IMG/VR virus record: IMGVR_UViG_3300046787_000675
Location: 1 to 64,000 of that record
Length of the DNA stretch: 64,000 nucleotides
DNA from: a virus
Direction: 5' to 3' (one strand)
Positions within the stretch are counted from its first letter, which is position 1. Each line of letters begins with the position of its first letter. Position numbers and translations under genes: made by a program. Positions 37,668 to 48,610 of the stretch are shown here, piece by piece. The notes under the pieces are model-generated. The model was not told the DNA's origin. It did not search any database and saw nothing but the letters and a program-made list of their open reading frames with translations.

Positions 37668-38267
37668 TTATACACAGTAGAGCAGCGTAGGGTTGTTTTT
37701 ATGTATTCCTACATCCTTCCACTCCGGTTTTAGGGCGGTAAAAGAGGCTAGGTTAAAAGGAGTTGTAAGTATATGGCAACCGTTCTTTGTCGGAATAGTC
37801 GTCAAGATCTTATTCTTCTCTAGAGGCTCTATCTTGGATAGAATATCTCTTAACTCTACGATATTTATATCGTACCATTCAGGGTCATCGATATCCAGTA
37901 TCCATACTTTAGATGCGTCGGGTGCGTTTACCGACCCGGACGCAGAGTCAAATAAATGATCATTCCGTAGTTGCCCGCACGAAATTCCTTTAGCCAGTTC
38001 TGTTAACATAAACATCGTAGACTTGTAGAATGACTTTTTATTAAGGTTCAGATACGCCCGACCTTTAATAGCTTTGCAGATATTTACAATGTCGTCTTTC
38101 ATCTTCCATAGCTTCTCTACACTTGTTATTGTGAAAGAGCACACCTTATGTGTACTCTGCGTCATTTCCGGATTATCTTTCCGTCGCTTTATGATTTGTA
38201 TAAAATAGTAGTCGTCTGGAGACTTAAAATCCAGGAGAGGAGCTATTCTTTCAAAATTATCTATCAT
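37668..38267 (-). CDS. Conserved phage protein, possible primase-polymerase (AEP)-like fold
   Basis: WILDIDD and TKNGCHIL resemble AEP motifs I/II. Confidence 0.5.
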   Translation of the reverse strand: MIDNFERIAPLLDFKSPDDYYFIQIIKRRKDNPEMTQSTHKVCSFTITSVEKLWKMKDDIVNICKAIKGRAYLNLNKKSFYKSTMFMLTELAKGISCGQLRNDHLFDSASGSVNAPDASKVWILDIDDPEWYDINIVELRDILSKIEPLEKNKILTTIPTKNGCHILTTPFNLASFTALKPEWKDVGIHKNNPTLLYCV

Positions 38268-38415
38268 ACCTTATTCCTTTTTGTCTTGTTTAATTTCTTC
38301 CGGCTTTTAAGTATTTCTACATCGTAGAAAAGACTGCCGTCAGTATGTCTCTTATCCGTATGTATGTTCAGCACATAACGGGCCTTTCCAATATTCTGAT
38401 GTACGTAAAAATGTT

Positions 38416-38826
38416 TCATTTATTTAATCCTTTTAGATTGTCTATTATATGGAACCAAGCATCGTCGTCTCCGTTTTTTATATCTTGGAGGTCTATACCT
38501 GCGTACATGACTTCTAAATCAGGTATTTCCCAGTATAGCCTTCGCAAGGTATCTCGTATACTGCAGCGATTGTCGAGCCTTATCTCATCTATAAGACATA
38601 ATTTTAAATCCCATTCCCTACCCAGCTGCCAGGGATACTTTGTATCGCGTCTATAACAATGTAAAGTCTTTGCCATAATAGCACCTGCCACACATACATG
38701 ACATTTATTCCCTACTGCAGTATGAAACGCATTTACATCGAAAATGTATTTAGTATCTTTCTTCACTAGTTTCATATCGCGATGAGCTGTCTCCAAAAGC
38801 TCTATTAGCCCTTTCATAAACAACAC
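38416..38826 (-). CDS. Hypothetical protein, paralogue of 37219-37638
   Basis: See paralogue. Confidence 0.8.
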   Translation of the reverse strand: MLFMKGLIELLETAHRDMKLVKKDTKYIFDVNAFHTAVGNKCHVCVAGAIMAKTLHCYRRDTKYPWQLGREWDLKLCLIDEIRLDNRCSIRDTLRRLYWEIPDLEVMYAGIDLQDIKNGDDDAWFHIIDNLKGLNK

Positions 38827-39032
38827 CTCTTATATTTCTTTCCACTGCCACATAGGCAAGGGTCGTTTCTACCGAGTTTATTAGGGGCGTAGTACTGCTC
38901 TACTCTACAGGTGAGGACTCTATTAAAGTTCTCAATTTCAGAGTTATATTGTCGCCTAGTCGCACACTTTATACATAGTTCTTCGCTTTCTATTCTAGGA
39001 GGGTAATACCCGCACTCAGCACACACTTCCAT
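38814..39032 (-). CDS. SEC-C motif Zn-binding protein
   Basis: KLGRNDPCLCGSGKKYKRCC. Confidence 0.85.
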   Translation of the reverse strand: MEVCAECGYYPPRIESEELCIKCATRRQYNSEIENFNRVLTCRVEQYYAPNKLGRNDPCLCGSGKKYKRCCL

Positions 39033-39243
39033 AATGTTCCTTTAAATTATTTGTTTCTTCGGAAGATACATACCTGCTATTCCAATCTGTTATTACCGAC
39101 CTCTTAGTAGACCGCTTCATACTGCAGCACCATGTCATGCAAGTTATCGTCCATGTAGGTCTTTTACCTGTACGTGATGTCTTCTCCGGGTCGAAAGCAT
39201 TCGAACCGCAGAAAGGGCATTTTTTTAATTTATAGTTACACAT
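39016..39243 (-). CDS. Lar-like (restriction alleviation) Zn-ribbon protein
   Basis: LKKCPFCGS...ITC..C...WNSR. Confidence 0.65.
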   Translation of the reverse strand: MCNYKLKKCPFCGSNAFDPEKTSRTGKRPTWTITCMTWCCSMKRSTKRSVITDWNSRYVSSEETNNLKEHYGSVC

Positions 39244-39384
39244 ACTTCTTCACCTATATACCATTGAAACAGTTCTGTGTGCAAAGGGTACAACAGTTAC
39301 ATAAGGTCTTATCACTGTGTATATTATCCTGATTTATTTTTTATATCAGGTTCTTTTATACCGAACCATTGTCAATCTCCTGCT

Positions 39385-39939
39385 TTATTTTTCCTTTTGT
39401 TGTTTGTTAGGTGACATATCCGCAAGTGCTTGCACACCTGTTTTAAACTCGCCGTTAATAACGACACCGGAGGGTGCCCATCCAGCACCGTAAACGAAGG
39501 CCTCAGCTTCTTTACGAGTCCAGGGGTCACAAGGCATCTGAAATAAGCCTGTCCCTCTTTTTCTTCTGGCTTGGTCACAAAAGTCCACGTTTCCCACAAG
39601 GTACTCTACGAGCTCTTCTTTTGTCGCAAAAGGAGGCGTTACAGGAGTTCCTTCCGAAACAGTTTCGTATACTTGGTACCAAGTCATTTCTTCAGGCTTC
39701 CAGTCCGGGCGGTAATACTTGACGCTAGGGGGCTCTCCTGCCCACTCGGCGTAATAGCGATATTCTGAACGGTTATCTGTTTTCTGGTCTGGATGTTCTC
39801 CACGCTCCCATTGGAGGTGCTCCGATATCCATTCAGCTATATCCTCTGTGTAGGGTCGGTCGCACAACGGTTGGTAGTTTCCGTCTTCTTTTTTAGGGTG
39901 CTCCCAATCAGGGGGCACTCGTCTGATTTCTCTTCCCAT
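39385..39939 (-). CDS. Conserved-looking phage hypothetical protein
   Basis: MGREIRRVPPDWEHP...YQVYETVSEGTPVTPPF. Confidence 0.75.
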   Translation of the reverse strand: MGREIRRVPPDWEHPKKEDGNYQPLCDRPYTEDIAEWISEHLQWERGEHPDQKTDNRSEYRYYAEWAGEPPSVKYYRPDWKPEEMTWYQVYETVSEGTPVTPPFATKEELVEYLVGNVDFCDQARRKRGTGLFQMPCDPWTRKEAEAFVYGAGWAPSGVVINGEFKTGVQALADMSPNKQQKEK

Positions 39940-39969
39940 GTTTTTTATTCCTTACTGTGTTGTTTTGTA

Positions 39970-42900
39970 TTAATCCACGTCACCGGTGGTAGTAAATGAA
40001 AAATCTTCGTATCGAGGGTCATCCCACTCAACATCCGATGTCTTAATTTCCCCAGAATCTATCTGACGCTGTACTAGTTCTATTGCCTGTTCTTCCGTAT
40101 CACATTCCACTGTAACTGATCCAGTTGAACGTGTTACTTTTTCCACACTAACTATGTATTTCATTTATTTGTCCTTATTTATTTATTTATTTATTTAGTT
40201 AACCGAGCCCGTCCTGTAATAGTGTAGAGATACATCGTCTTATACGTTCCTCTCCGAAGAACGGGATTAGCTTAGTTTTCATTTCGGTTGCTGTTATTTG
40301 GTTGGTTCCACCCGAACACCCTCCCATAGCCCCTAGTGAAAGGATCTTAGTACACAACTCATCTAACGGGTCCCCAACTTCAGCGGGAACAGGAGGTACG
40401 TACTCCGCTATTATAATCCAAGGGTCTCCTGGGTTTTCTCCATGCACCCTCTCTTTGGCGTCTCGACAATCCTTGGCATTGTGTTGCCAAACAATTTTGT
40501 CGTCTAACTCTAAAGGATGACACCAGCATATTTTCTGTGCGGAGTGTATGTGGGTATCACCTAAAGGGAGCACGTGTAACCTACGTGTATAAGACTTCTC
40601 TAGACACCCGGGATCTTCAGATGTTATATCATCCATAACACTGTACAACCTTGTTGTTTCGTCTTCTCGATTAGTTTTACCAATCCCTTGCAAGGAGGGG
40701 TAGAGGACTCTTCAATGTCTTGGATGCAGACTGCTACGTCTGTATCTGTAGACGTCAGACAGTTGTAATGTTCTATTACAAAGTCCCTGACACTATCAGG
40801 GGATTTTTCCATATAGGCTTGTATTACCATTCTTTCACCTTATACCTTTTTGAGTTGTTGATGTTCTCTAAACATTTGCTATACAGATCTTGTAATAGCT
40901 CGTCTAAACAGTAGCAATCGTCTAAGGTTACCTTAGCGGATTTTATTTCCTTAGTTGGGCTATAAGCTACGAACTTTCTGAAGGCTCGTTGCAAGATAAA
41001 CACCGTTAAAGAGTGTTTGTTTTCAGTGTCTGTAATCGGAATGTTTAAAGATACAGCTCTGCTTATGTAGCTGTCGCATTCCTCTTGCAGTCCTTTAATG
41101 TTCTGATGTATCATCTTCGTCACCTAATATATCCGCATGAAGTTCTATAATCTCTTCATTGCTGAAGTTATCATAACCAGTGCAGCCCTCTCGCATGATG
41201 TCGTACAAGGAGCCTTCATCTAGGGTGTCTACATCGTGCATTGCCAGCTCGTGGCGCATTTTTTCTATTTCTTGTTCTGTAGGTTTATTCATTTTATTTT
41301 TTCCACTTAGTTTAGATTAATTTATTACCCGTCATGAACGCATTCTTCCCATGTTGTCATATTCTATTCCTTATATTAACCATAGCATTGAACAACCGCT
41401 TTCGCGGGCTAATTCTATTAGTTTTGTTATTTCTGGGTGTGGTTTTACTGGAGGTATCTCCTGTATATCTTGGAGGTCAAGGATATAATCACCATCATCG
41501 CAGCTTTTATATTTGTAGTTACCTTCCAGAGCATCTTTTGTATTGGCAGACACTTTTATCATGAAGACCTTAACAGTGTTTATAGCACTGTCTTCTCTTA
41601 TAGACAGTTCATCTATTACCTCATCGTAATAGAGATGACCTTTTTTATAAGGATATTCAAGTACCTGGAGTTCTCTTCACGATAACAGCTCAGGAGTACC
41701 CACTGGATAACTGCTACTACTGTTAAACCACATATTATTGTTATTAACATTGTTATTTCCTTATGTTTATCTTGTTAAGAATTTACCTATATACGGAGGA
41801 ACCTCTGCCCTATATTTCATAGCCAGCTTTTCCAGCTCGTATACTGCATTTTTATCTAAACCTCCTTCTTCTATCAGACAAGTGTCGTGCCAATATTGTA
41901 GATCTTCTAACAAATCTAAAAAATCATAAAATCGTTTAATACCCGTAGTCTCTAACATAGTTCTTACAGGATCATGATTACAGTTATACTCATCCATTAC
42001 CCTGCATAGTTCTTTCTGTGTTAATAAAACACCTACTCCGCATTTATCTCCATTAGGAGAGCGATACATACACCGGTTGTTTTCTTTCGATTTCGAGACT
42101 CTAAAGTTTTGTTTGGCTAGTCCTTTTAAGGACTTATAAAATAATACTTGTTCAGTCATATTTTGTTTCCTTATTGTAATAGCTTCTCGTACATTGTAGC
42201 TACTTCGTTGTCAAATAGAAATTCTAAACGCTCGCGCATCTGTACAGGAAAGTTGTCTTCATTTGTCACGCCATTTACCGCTACATGGTGGTTCCACAGT
42301 AAAGCGTCATCCGCCATTGCATCTATGTAAGGGTTTGTAAGGAAAAAGACGCATAGTGTGTAACAAGGGGAGACTTTGAATAGATCACTTGTCCATACAT
42401 GCTTACCTTGTCTTGTAGTTTGTACACTATCTACAGATATATCCACGCCGTGTTTGTCTAAGGTAATAGTTCTTATCTTGTTGTTTATATCATTTACTTT
42501 TTGCGTAAAAGTCTCTACAACATCAAACCCTAACGCCACAGCACATTTAAATTCATTCTCCACGTATCGACCCCGATACTCCGAACCTAGCTTTTCTCCT
42601 GTCAAAGCATAGAATAGACAGAATTTACCGTATTTATTTAGGTACTCTGTCTTATCCCCGTCCGGTTGTATTGTAGGTATGGTTTGTGCTTTTTTATACG
42701 TTAACCATCCTTTACCGTACACAAATAGCTCTTTTCTGCGTCTCGATGTTTCACAAGGATACAGTACATCATCTATCAGCGCTGCTTTAAAAGGACTAGT
42801 CACCTTTGTTTCTTTATCTAAGTAATACATCTACTTCCTGCTTGTTGTTATTTTGTCTAGTCTGCTTTGTAGTCGCTCAGCAATAGCATCTAGATAAGGT

Positions 42901-44623
42901 TTATTATCTTCACATTCCATTCCAATGGAAGCCTCAGCTACATCTTCTTTATCTAACCATCCACCGGCCTCCTTACAGAGGACAGTGCCGTCTTCATAGT
43001 AGAAAAGATGGTCACCTACAAGGAAAGTACCGTCGTCACTTTCCTTGGTTACTATTTTTGCTGCTGTTAGCATACATTTACTAGTTCTTTATGTATTTTT
43101 TTGCACAAGGTTGTCGTCTTACGTATCTCTTCCTTAAGTGATTTACCCTTATCTTGTAAATTCTTCTTAAGACACTTCAGCATCTTCCTGCGGATGCTTC
43201 CTGTGCCTATACTCTGATTTAAAGTAAAGAAGTACACAGTCTGTGTTGTAGCCGATACGCTTGTTTTATCGACCTCATTTATTTTTATAATAGGGCAGCC
43301 ATTATATGCGGAAGTAAAGAAAGATCCCTCTTCGTAGACCTCTATTATGTCCATTGACAATTTAAGATCTATGTCTAGTTTAAATCTATGTAATGCTTTT
43401 TTCATTTTGATTTCCTTGTAATTAACTCTTGTATCTTTTCGGACACGTCTTTGTGCATACCTTGTTTAAGCTCTAAAGCAAGTATTCGCAGAGCACAGTT
43501 ATGAAGTTTTTTCTCGAGTTTTTTAATTCGGCTCTTGGTTTTCATTGTCTTACTTTTTGTATATTCTGTGGATCGTATACTCGTATCCTTGACAGTCGGT
43601 TATCATATAAGGTGTTTTAATTTTACCTTCAAATAACCCTTCCTGTTCTAAGGCTTCTGCAAGGGCAAAGTCCGAGATAGACATATCCTCGCCTACTAGG
43701 TCATCGGCATAATTTCTTGTATATCGGACTCCGTAGGATTCAATATCTAACATTATATCGAAGTAACGTATCCCCAGTTTACGGGTGTCCGGGGGATTGC
43801 TATTGCGTATCTTCTCAAGTATTCTCGCGTCTAATTGTCTATTGAGTATGAAAAGCCTAATTGTAAATACTACAAATATAAGGACGCTCATTATCGATAC
43901 GGTAAGGGATATTAATGTGAGTGTAGTCATTTTATTCCTTTGTGCTGTCTGCACGTTTTAGTTTTGCTAGTTCTTCGAAGGTAGCTCTTCGAGATCTTTA
44001 GCGCGTTTTTCTTATAGTATTCGCGCTTACGTTTTCTCGCCTCCTCGTTATGAATACGGTAGTGTTCGCGCCGTTTTGTATTCCGCTCTATACGGCGCTC
44101 TTCAGGAGTTTTTTTATCCATATAAATTATTTATCGGTTATTTTGTTTCTGTAGGGAAGTCTATATAATGTTCGGAGTCTTCTTGAGCACATCCTTCAAC
44201 ACCGCATATACCGCTTCCGATATATTCAGATATAGTCGCTTCTTCTAATTGTTCCTCGTGTTTAGTTAAACATTTATCACATATCTGACTCCGAGTACCT
44301 TCGTCACCTACGGTAACATCATCAAATGTAACACCGTTAAACGCGTATACAGCTTTGTGTTCGACTCTCCTTCTCCTTTCCTGCTCGCGGATTTCACTTA
44401 GTGTTTCCTTCGCGATGTCTCCCTCTAGTATCATTTTATATAACATAAACCATTCCTTATTGTTTAAGGACTCCGGCTTATCTCTGAGAAGTCTGCTTTC
44501 GTCATTATCGTATACATCCTCCCCGTCGATAAGTCTTTGTAGTATATCGATATCTGTTATTGTAGAGCATGAATAATACTTTGTATAATTTTTCTCTATT
44601 GTGTTATTTATTTCTGTGTCCAT
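39970..44623 (-). CDS. Run of ~13 small hypothetical phage genes (e.g. 40199-40693, 40624-40830, 40824-41123, 41095-41292, 41371-41562, 41767-42159, 42171-42830, 42831-43073, 43067-43405, 43550-43954, 43927-44121, 44138-44623)
   Basis: Co-oriented, tightly packed or overlapping ORFs, many with AAGGA-type RBS. Confidence 0.65.
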
Positions 44624-44640
44624 AGTCTCTCCTTATGGTT

Positions 44641-44886
44641 TTATTTTCTAATTTGTTGTTTATAATATTGCCATTTCTGGGCTTCCCGGATTTTAAGTTC
44701 TCTCCTGCTGTCTACTTTTTCACTTCCAGGCAGTTCCGGGGCTTTCTTTACGATATTCATCTTCAGGTAGGACTTATGGGCGTGTATAGGGTATTTAAAC
44801 TCTATAAGCCCTGCATGATCCGGGATATCTCCCAGAGATACTAATCCCTCTGGAACACAGAAATAGAAATGCTTTAGTTTAGACTT
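44641..44886 (-). pseudogene. 3' part of an IS607-interrupted gene (resembles C-terminal half of MmcB-like nucleases)
   Basis: KSKLKHFYFCVPEGLV..IPDHAGLI..; joins MSRRKR (46666-46649) in frame if the IS is removed at GG, giving 87 aa. Confidence 0.65.
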
Positions 44887-44900
44887 CCGATCACTTTTTA

Positions 44901-46493
44901 TTAATTGTTATTAACAATGCATGCTCGCATTTCTGCGAACAAGGGCTGATCTGCCAACGCACGTAGGAAAATCCCACGCGCTCCATTTATATCTCGGCAC
45001 ATACTCTGTCCGAGACTCTTGATGGTCTTACGACCACCTAGATTTTGGATAACTTCTCCTGTCCAACTAGCGGTTTTACTTGTGTATGCTTCGCATTGTC
45101 TTATTATTATTTTTCCTGCCTCGTTAGCTTTACTTAAAAGCTTTTGAGAGAACTTGTAGTGGGATAAGGTAAGCATTTGACGTACTGACTTTTTGCGTAG
45201 CTTACGAGCAGCTTTACAAACCATATTACTTACTTCGAAAGGAGGTAGGATTATAACATCAAAGTTATTAACAAGCATAGCTACAGCTTTGTTGTGTAGT
45301 TCGGCTATTAAGTCTTTGATTTTCCAACGCATCCTATCTGCAGCTTTCTTAAGCCTATATCGTTGCTTAGCTGTACATTTAGTTTGTCGACTTATCAAGT
45401 CGTCTAAATAAATACACAATCTTGTTATTCTGCTCATAGCGCCTGAACCTATTTTAAAAACACCTGCAGGAGAGTAGCCTGTTAAGAATGTTCGTACACC
45501 TGGATCAAGAGCTACAATCCTACCTTGGTTTTCGGCAGGTACTGTAGTTACTTGTTCCGGTATACAGACAAACCATCTACCTTGTTGGTAAATAAGTCTG
45601 CTGTCCATAGGGGAATTTGGAATAGCTTCAGAATAGCGCAATACGCCTGACAATCTTTGATAAATACCTTTATCGCTTATCGCGCTCTTAGGGATGTAAC
45701 AAGAGTGTACAGGCTCTTTCTTACTTTTAAATTTAGGTACTTGGGGTACCCCTGTCTGCTTAGTAGTCATACGGCATTTAACAAGGCAAGAGTGCGCTTC
45801 TTTTACAGCTATAGACTTTATTTGATATGGTATTTCTTTCGACCATACAGGAGCGTCTTTGAAAAGAATATTTCTAAGATCCATCCAAGACACTCTTTCT
45901 GCAGGGTTTTTGTTTAACCAATCTAAAGCTAAGTTGTAGAAGAAACGGAAAGAACCTAGCCATTTCTTAAAGGCTATTTTCGTCTCTTTCAACGGATAGA
46001 TTCGTATCTTTCTCGATTTTGTTAGCGTACTTCCCAAATCGTGCGAAGCTGCTGGAGAAGTATTGTGATAATTCATTAACGTTTGTTGTGAGTTCTTCTT
46101 TGGAGCTAAAGCGGTGGTCATTGAGAACCACGATTTCTCCGCCGTTCTTCCTAACCATGGACTCAATGAGGTCAAATCCAAGTCTAACAAGTCGGTCTTT
46201 ACTGGTAACCACAAGCGTGAGCTTATCTCCCTGCATAAGTCGTTCCAGTAAGGCTTGAAGTCCTTTTCTTTTGAAGTTAAGAGCACTTCCGGTGTCTTCG
46301 ATGACTTCAGCGTTTGGGTACAGCTGTCTAAGTTGCGCGGTTTGTCGGACGAGGTCGTCCTTTTGTTCCGGCGAGTGGACTCTGCAGTAAAGGACGATAG
46401 AACTGTCTGCTTGTCCTCGAATGTACGATTTGACATCGTACAATCGCTGACCTGCTTCATTTTTGACTGTTCTAATCTTTCCTTCATCTGCAT
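44901..46493 (-). CDS. tnpB: TnpB, catalytically rearranged (Fanzor2-like/pro-Fanzor type); true start uncertain
   Basis: KIRIYP, ALDPGVRTF, VIILPPF (no canonical Glu), QCEAYTSKT, RDINGARGI. Confidence 0.88.
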   Translation of the reverse strand: MQMKERLEQSKMKQVSDCTMSNRTFEDKQTVLSSFTAESTRRNKRTTSSDKPRNLDSCTQTLKSSKTPEVLLTSKEKDFKPYWNDLCREISSRLWLPVKTDLLDLDLTSLSPWLGRTAEKSWFSMTTALAPKKNSQQTLMNYHNTSPAASHDLGSTLTKSRKIRIYPLKETKIAFKKWLGSFRFFYNLALDWLNKNPAERVSWMDLRNILFKDAPVWSKEIPYQIKSIAVKEAHSCLVKCRMTTKQTGVPQVPKFKSKKEPVHSCYIPKSAISDKGIYQRLSGVLRYSEAIPNSPMDSRLIYQQGRWFVCIPEQVTTVPAENQGRIVALDPGVRTFLTGYSPAGVFKIGSGAMSRITRLCIYLDDLISRQTKCTAKQRYRLKKAADRMRWKIKDLIAELHNKAVAMLVNNFDVIILPPFEVSNMVCKAARKLRKKSVRQMLTLSHYKFSQKLLSKANEAGKIIIRQCEAYTSKTASWTGEVIQNLGGRKTIKSLGQSMCRDINGARGIFLRALADQPLFAEMRACIVNNN

Positions 46494-46557
46494 ACTTCCT
46501 TAATGTGTTAGGATGCATTCCTAATTCTTTACTCGCCTTTCTACTTGGTAGTAACAT
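45967..46557 (-). CDS. tnpA: IS607 serine recombinase TnpA
   Basis: N-terminal HTH (LGMHPNTLRKY), YCRVHS, QKDDLVRQ, EDTGSALNFKRKGL, KDRLVRLG. Confidence 0.93.
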   Translation of the reverse strand: MLLPSRKASKELGMHPNTLRKYADEGKIRTVKNEAGQRLYDVKSYIRGQADSSIVLYCRVHSPEQKDDLVRQTAQLRQLYPNAEVIEDTGSALNFKRKGLQALLERLMQGDKLTLVVTSKDRLVRLGFDLIESMVRKNGGEIVVLNDHRFSSKEELTTNVNELSQYFSSSFARFGKYANKIEKDTNLSVERDENSL

Positions 46558-46637
46558 TATTACCTCCTTTCAATAGGTTACTTAATAGTAACATAGTAAA
46601 TGTTAATTTCAAGTAGTATTTGTTAATAAAAAATCAT

Positions 46638-47300
46638 TTAGTTAAAATCCTCTTCCTGCGGGACATACTTTTTCTTATCGCTGTCGTAGCACATGGTAAA
46701 AGTTATATCGAGAGCTACAGGTATTTTTAGTATAGACACGACTTTGTCTATTACATCATCGTCCAATACAACACATCCCTGATCTTCATAATAGGTCTGG
46801 TGTTTTATAAACATATCCCATTCCGCTCTAGGTACCTTAGGGATAGGGTGGTTTCTATTCCCATAAACACTTTCGTACTCATAAGAGGTCATAAGTCTTG
46901 TATTTAATTTATGCAATCTGCGAATCTCCGGATATGCGCCTACATCTGTATCTAGTGTTAAGATCATACCTTCAGACTTCCAGGTTATACCTATGCGATG
47001 TTTATTTTTTTCCTTACTTCTATTTTTATAGAATACGCTTATTTGATATACGAACTTTTTACCGGATTGGTTTATCTGAGTAGTACCGTCAGTAGGAAAT
47101 ACCTCAAGGGCTTTTGCCAGCTGCTCCCTTGTAGCAGATGCTATATAGGTATTATGTCCGTACCCTCCTGTAGACTCAATACCGGTCTTATCGTAGATAA
47201 GTTTCTCCTCCGTGGCTACGCGTATATCTTCTTTATACTTCTTTTCCAAACGTACCAAGGCTTCTGCGTGTTCCTCGTGTACCTGTTGTATTGTTTTCAT
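46638..47300 (-). CDS. Hypothetical protein; last codons supplied by the IS left end
   Basis: 220 aa; ends EEDFN* now, EEEV* in the reconstructed empty site. Confidence 0.7.
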   Translation of the reverse strand: MKTIQQVHEEHAEALVRLEKKYKEDIRVATEEKLIYDKTGIESTGGYGHNTYIASATREQLAKALEVFPTDGTTQINQSGKKFVYQISVFYKNRSKEKNKHRIGITWKSEGMILTLDTDVGAYPEIRRLHKLNTRLMTSYEYESVYGNRNHPIPKVPRAEWDMFIKHQTYYEDQGCVVLDDDVIDKVVSILKIPVALDITFTMCYDSDKKKYVPQEEDFN

Positions 47301-48036
47301 AATTTTCCTTTGTTATTCTTATTATTTAGAACTACGGCCTGTACATGGGAATTTATACTGACATCATTTATACTATCTCTTACGTTGTCCAGTGCTGCTA
47401 TAGATACACCTACAGGTAAATTTGCTGAATTAAGATATAATGTTAAATGTTCAACAGCTTTATCTACTGTTAGGTCTACGCTTCTCATATTTTTCCTTTT
47501 TTGTTATATTTGTTTACTTATTATTGCGACTAAGGAGGATTTGTATACGGGGGATGTTTTACATAAATCTCCCGCTGCTTTAGCTAGAGATTGTTCCAGA
47601 CTTAAGACCTTAGCTTCTTTAATATTTGTTATACAGAATGAGTCGTTTCCCTTATATCCTCCAATATCATAGATCTTGAAGGACGGAATACTTTGGTGTA
47701 AATAGATGAGCCTATTTTCTTATTTATTATACACATATAGAAGTACTATGCACGATATTAACCCGACTATCTATCACAGGTGCCTTGACTTTTTCGCTAA
47801 CAGAATACCATGGTTTATCAGTCACTTTGTGATATACTAACTCGCTCGATAGTTTTCTTACATTAAAACCCCCAGACTCTTCTATTCTCTCTGATATGTT
47901 ATTCATGTATGACCTCTTCTGCTTCAGACGATGTATCTTTGCATATTTTAGAGAGGGTCGTTAAAAGTTAAAATATCAGTTGACATTTGTTGATTCCTAT
48001 TTATATTCGTTGTATGGTTAAAACAACGAGGTTTAT

Positions 48037-48609
48037 ATGTTTTTAAAAAAGTGGGCTAAACAGCAACAAATAAGCTACTGGACAGCCCTTAGGTGGTTTC
48101 ATTCTGGTAAGTTACCTGTTAAAGCTATCCAAACTGAAACAGGGTCTATTTTAGTAATTGAAGAGTCTTCTGCACCGTTATCTAATTGTGTAGGAGTACA
48201 CCTGTACGCTAGGGTAAGTAGTCACGACCAAAAACAAGATCTCAATAGACAGCTACAGAGGTTGCGTGACTACTGCGCTTCTAGAGGTTTTAATATACTT
48301 AGTGAAACAGCTGAAATTGGTTCAGGGTTAAACTCTGAACGCAAAGGTCTGGCTAAGATTCTTAAAAAAGAAGCTGGGGATATTGTCGTCGAACATAGAG
48401 ATAGACTTGCACGCTTCGGTGTCCCTTACATAGAAGAGGCGCTGTCTGCTAGACATAGAAAACTTGTAGTTATCAATGAGACTGAAAGTTCTCAAGAACT
48501 TGTACAAGACTTTATTGATATTGTCACATGTATGTGTGCTCGAATCTATGGAAAACGATCTGCCTCTAATAAAGCTAAAAAAGCTTTAGCAGCCACTCAA
48601 CAGGATTAA
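48037..48609 (+). CDS. tnpA: IS607 serine recombinase TnpA
   Basis: WAKQQQISYWTALRWF, YARVSSHDQKQDL, EIGSGLN, EHRDRLARFG, CARIYGKR. Confidence 0.95.
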   Translation: MFLKKWAKQQQISYWTALRWFHSGKLPVKAIQTETGSILVIEESSAPLSNCVGVHLYARVSSHDQKQDLNRQLQRLRDYCASRGFNILSETAEIGSGLNSERKGLAKILKKEAGDIVVEHRDRLARFGVPYIEEALSARHRKLVVINETESSQELVQDFIDIVTCMCARIYGKRSASNKAKKALAATQQD

Positions 48610-48610
48610 T

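Larger units (their letters stand above)
44887..46648 (-). mobile_element. IS607-family element 1 (1762 bp)
   Basis: tnpA + tnpB; GG at both junctions; excision restores host ORFs. Confidence 0.85.
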
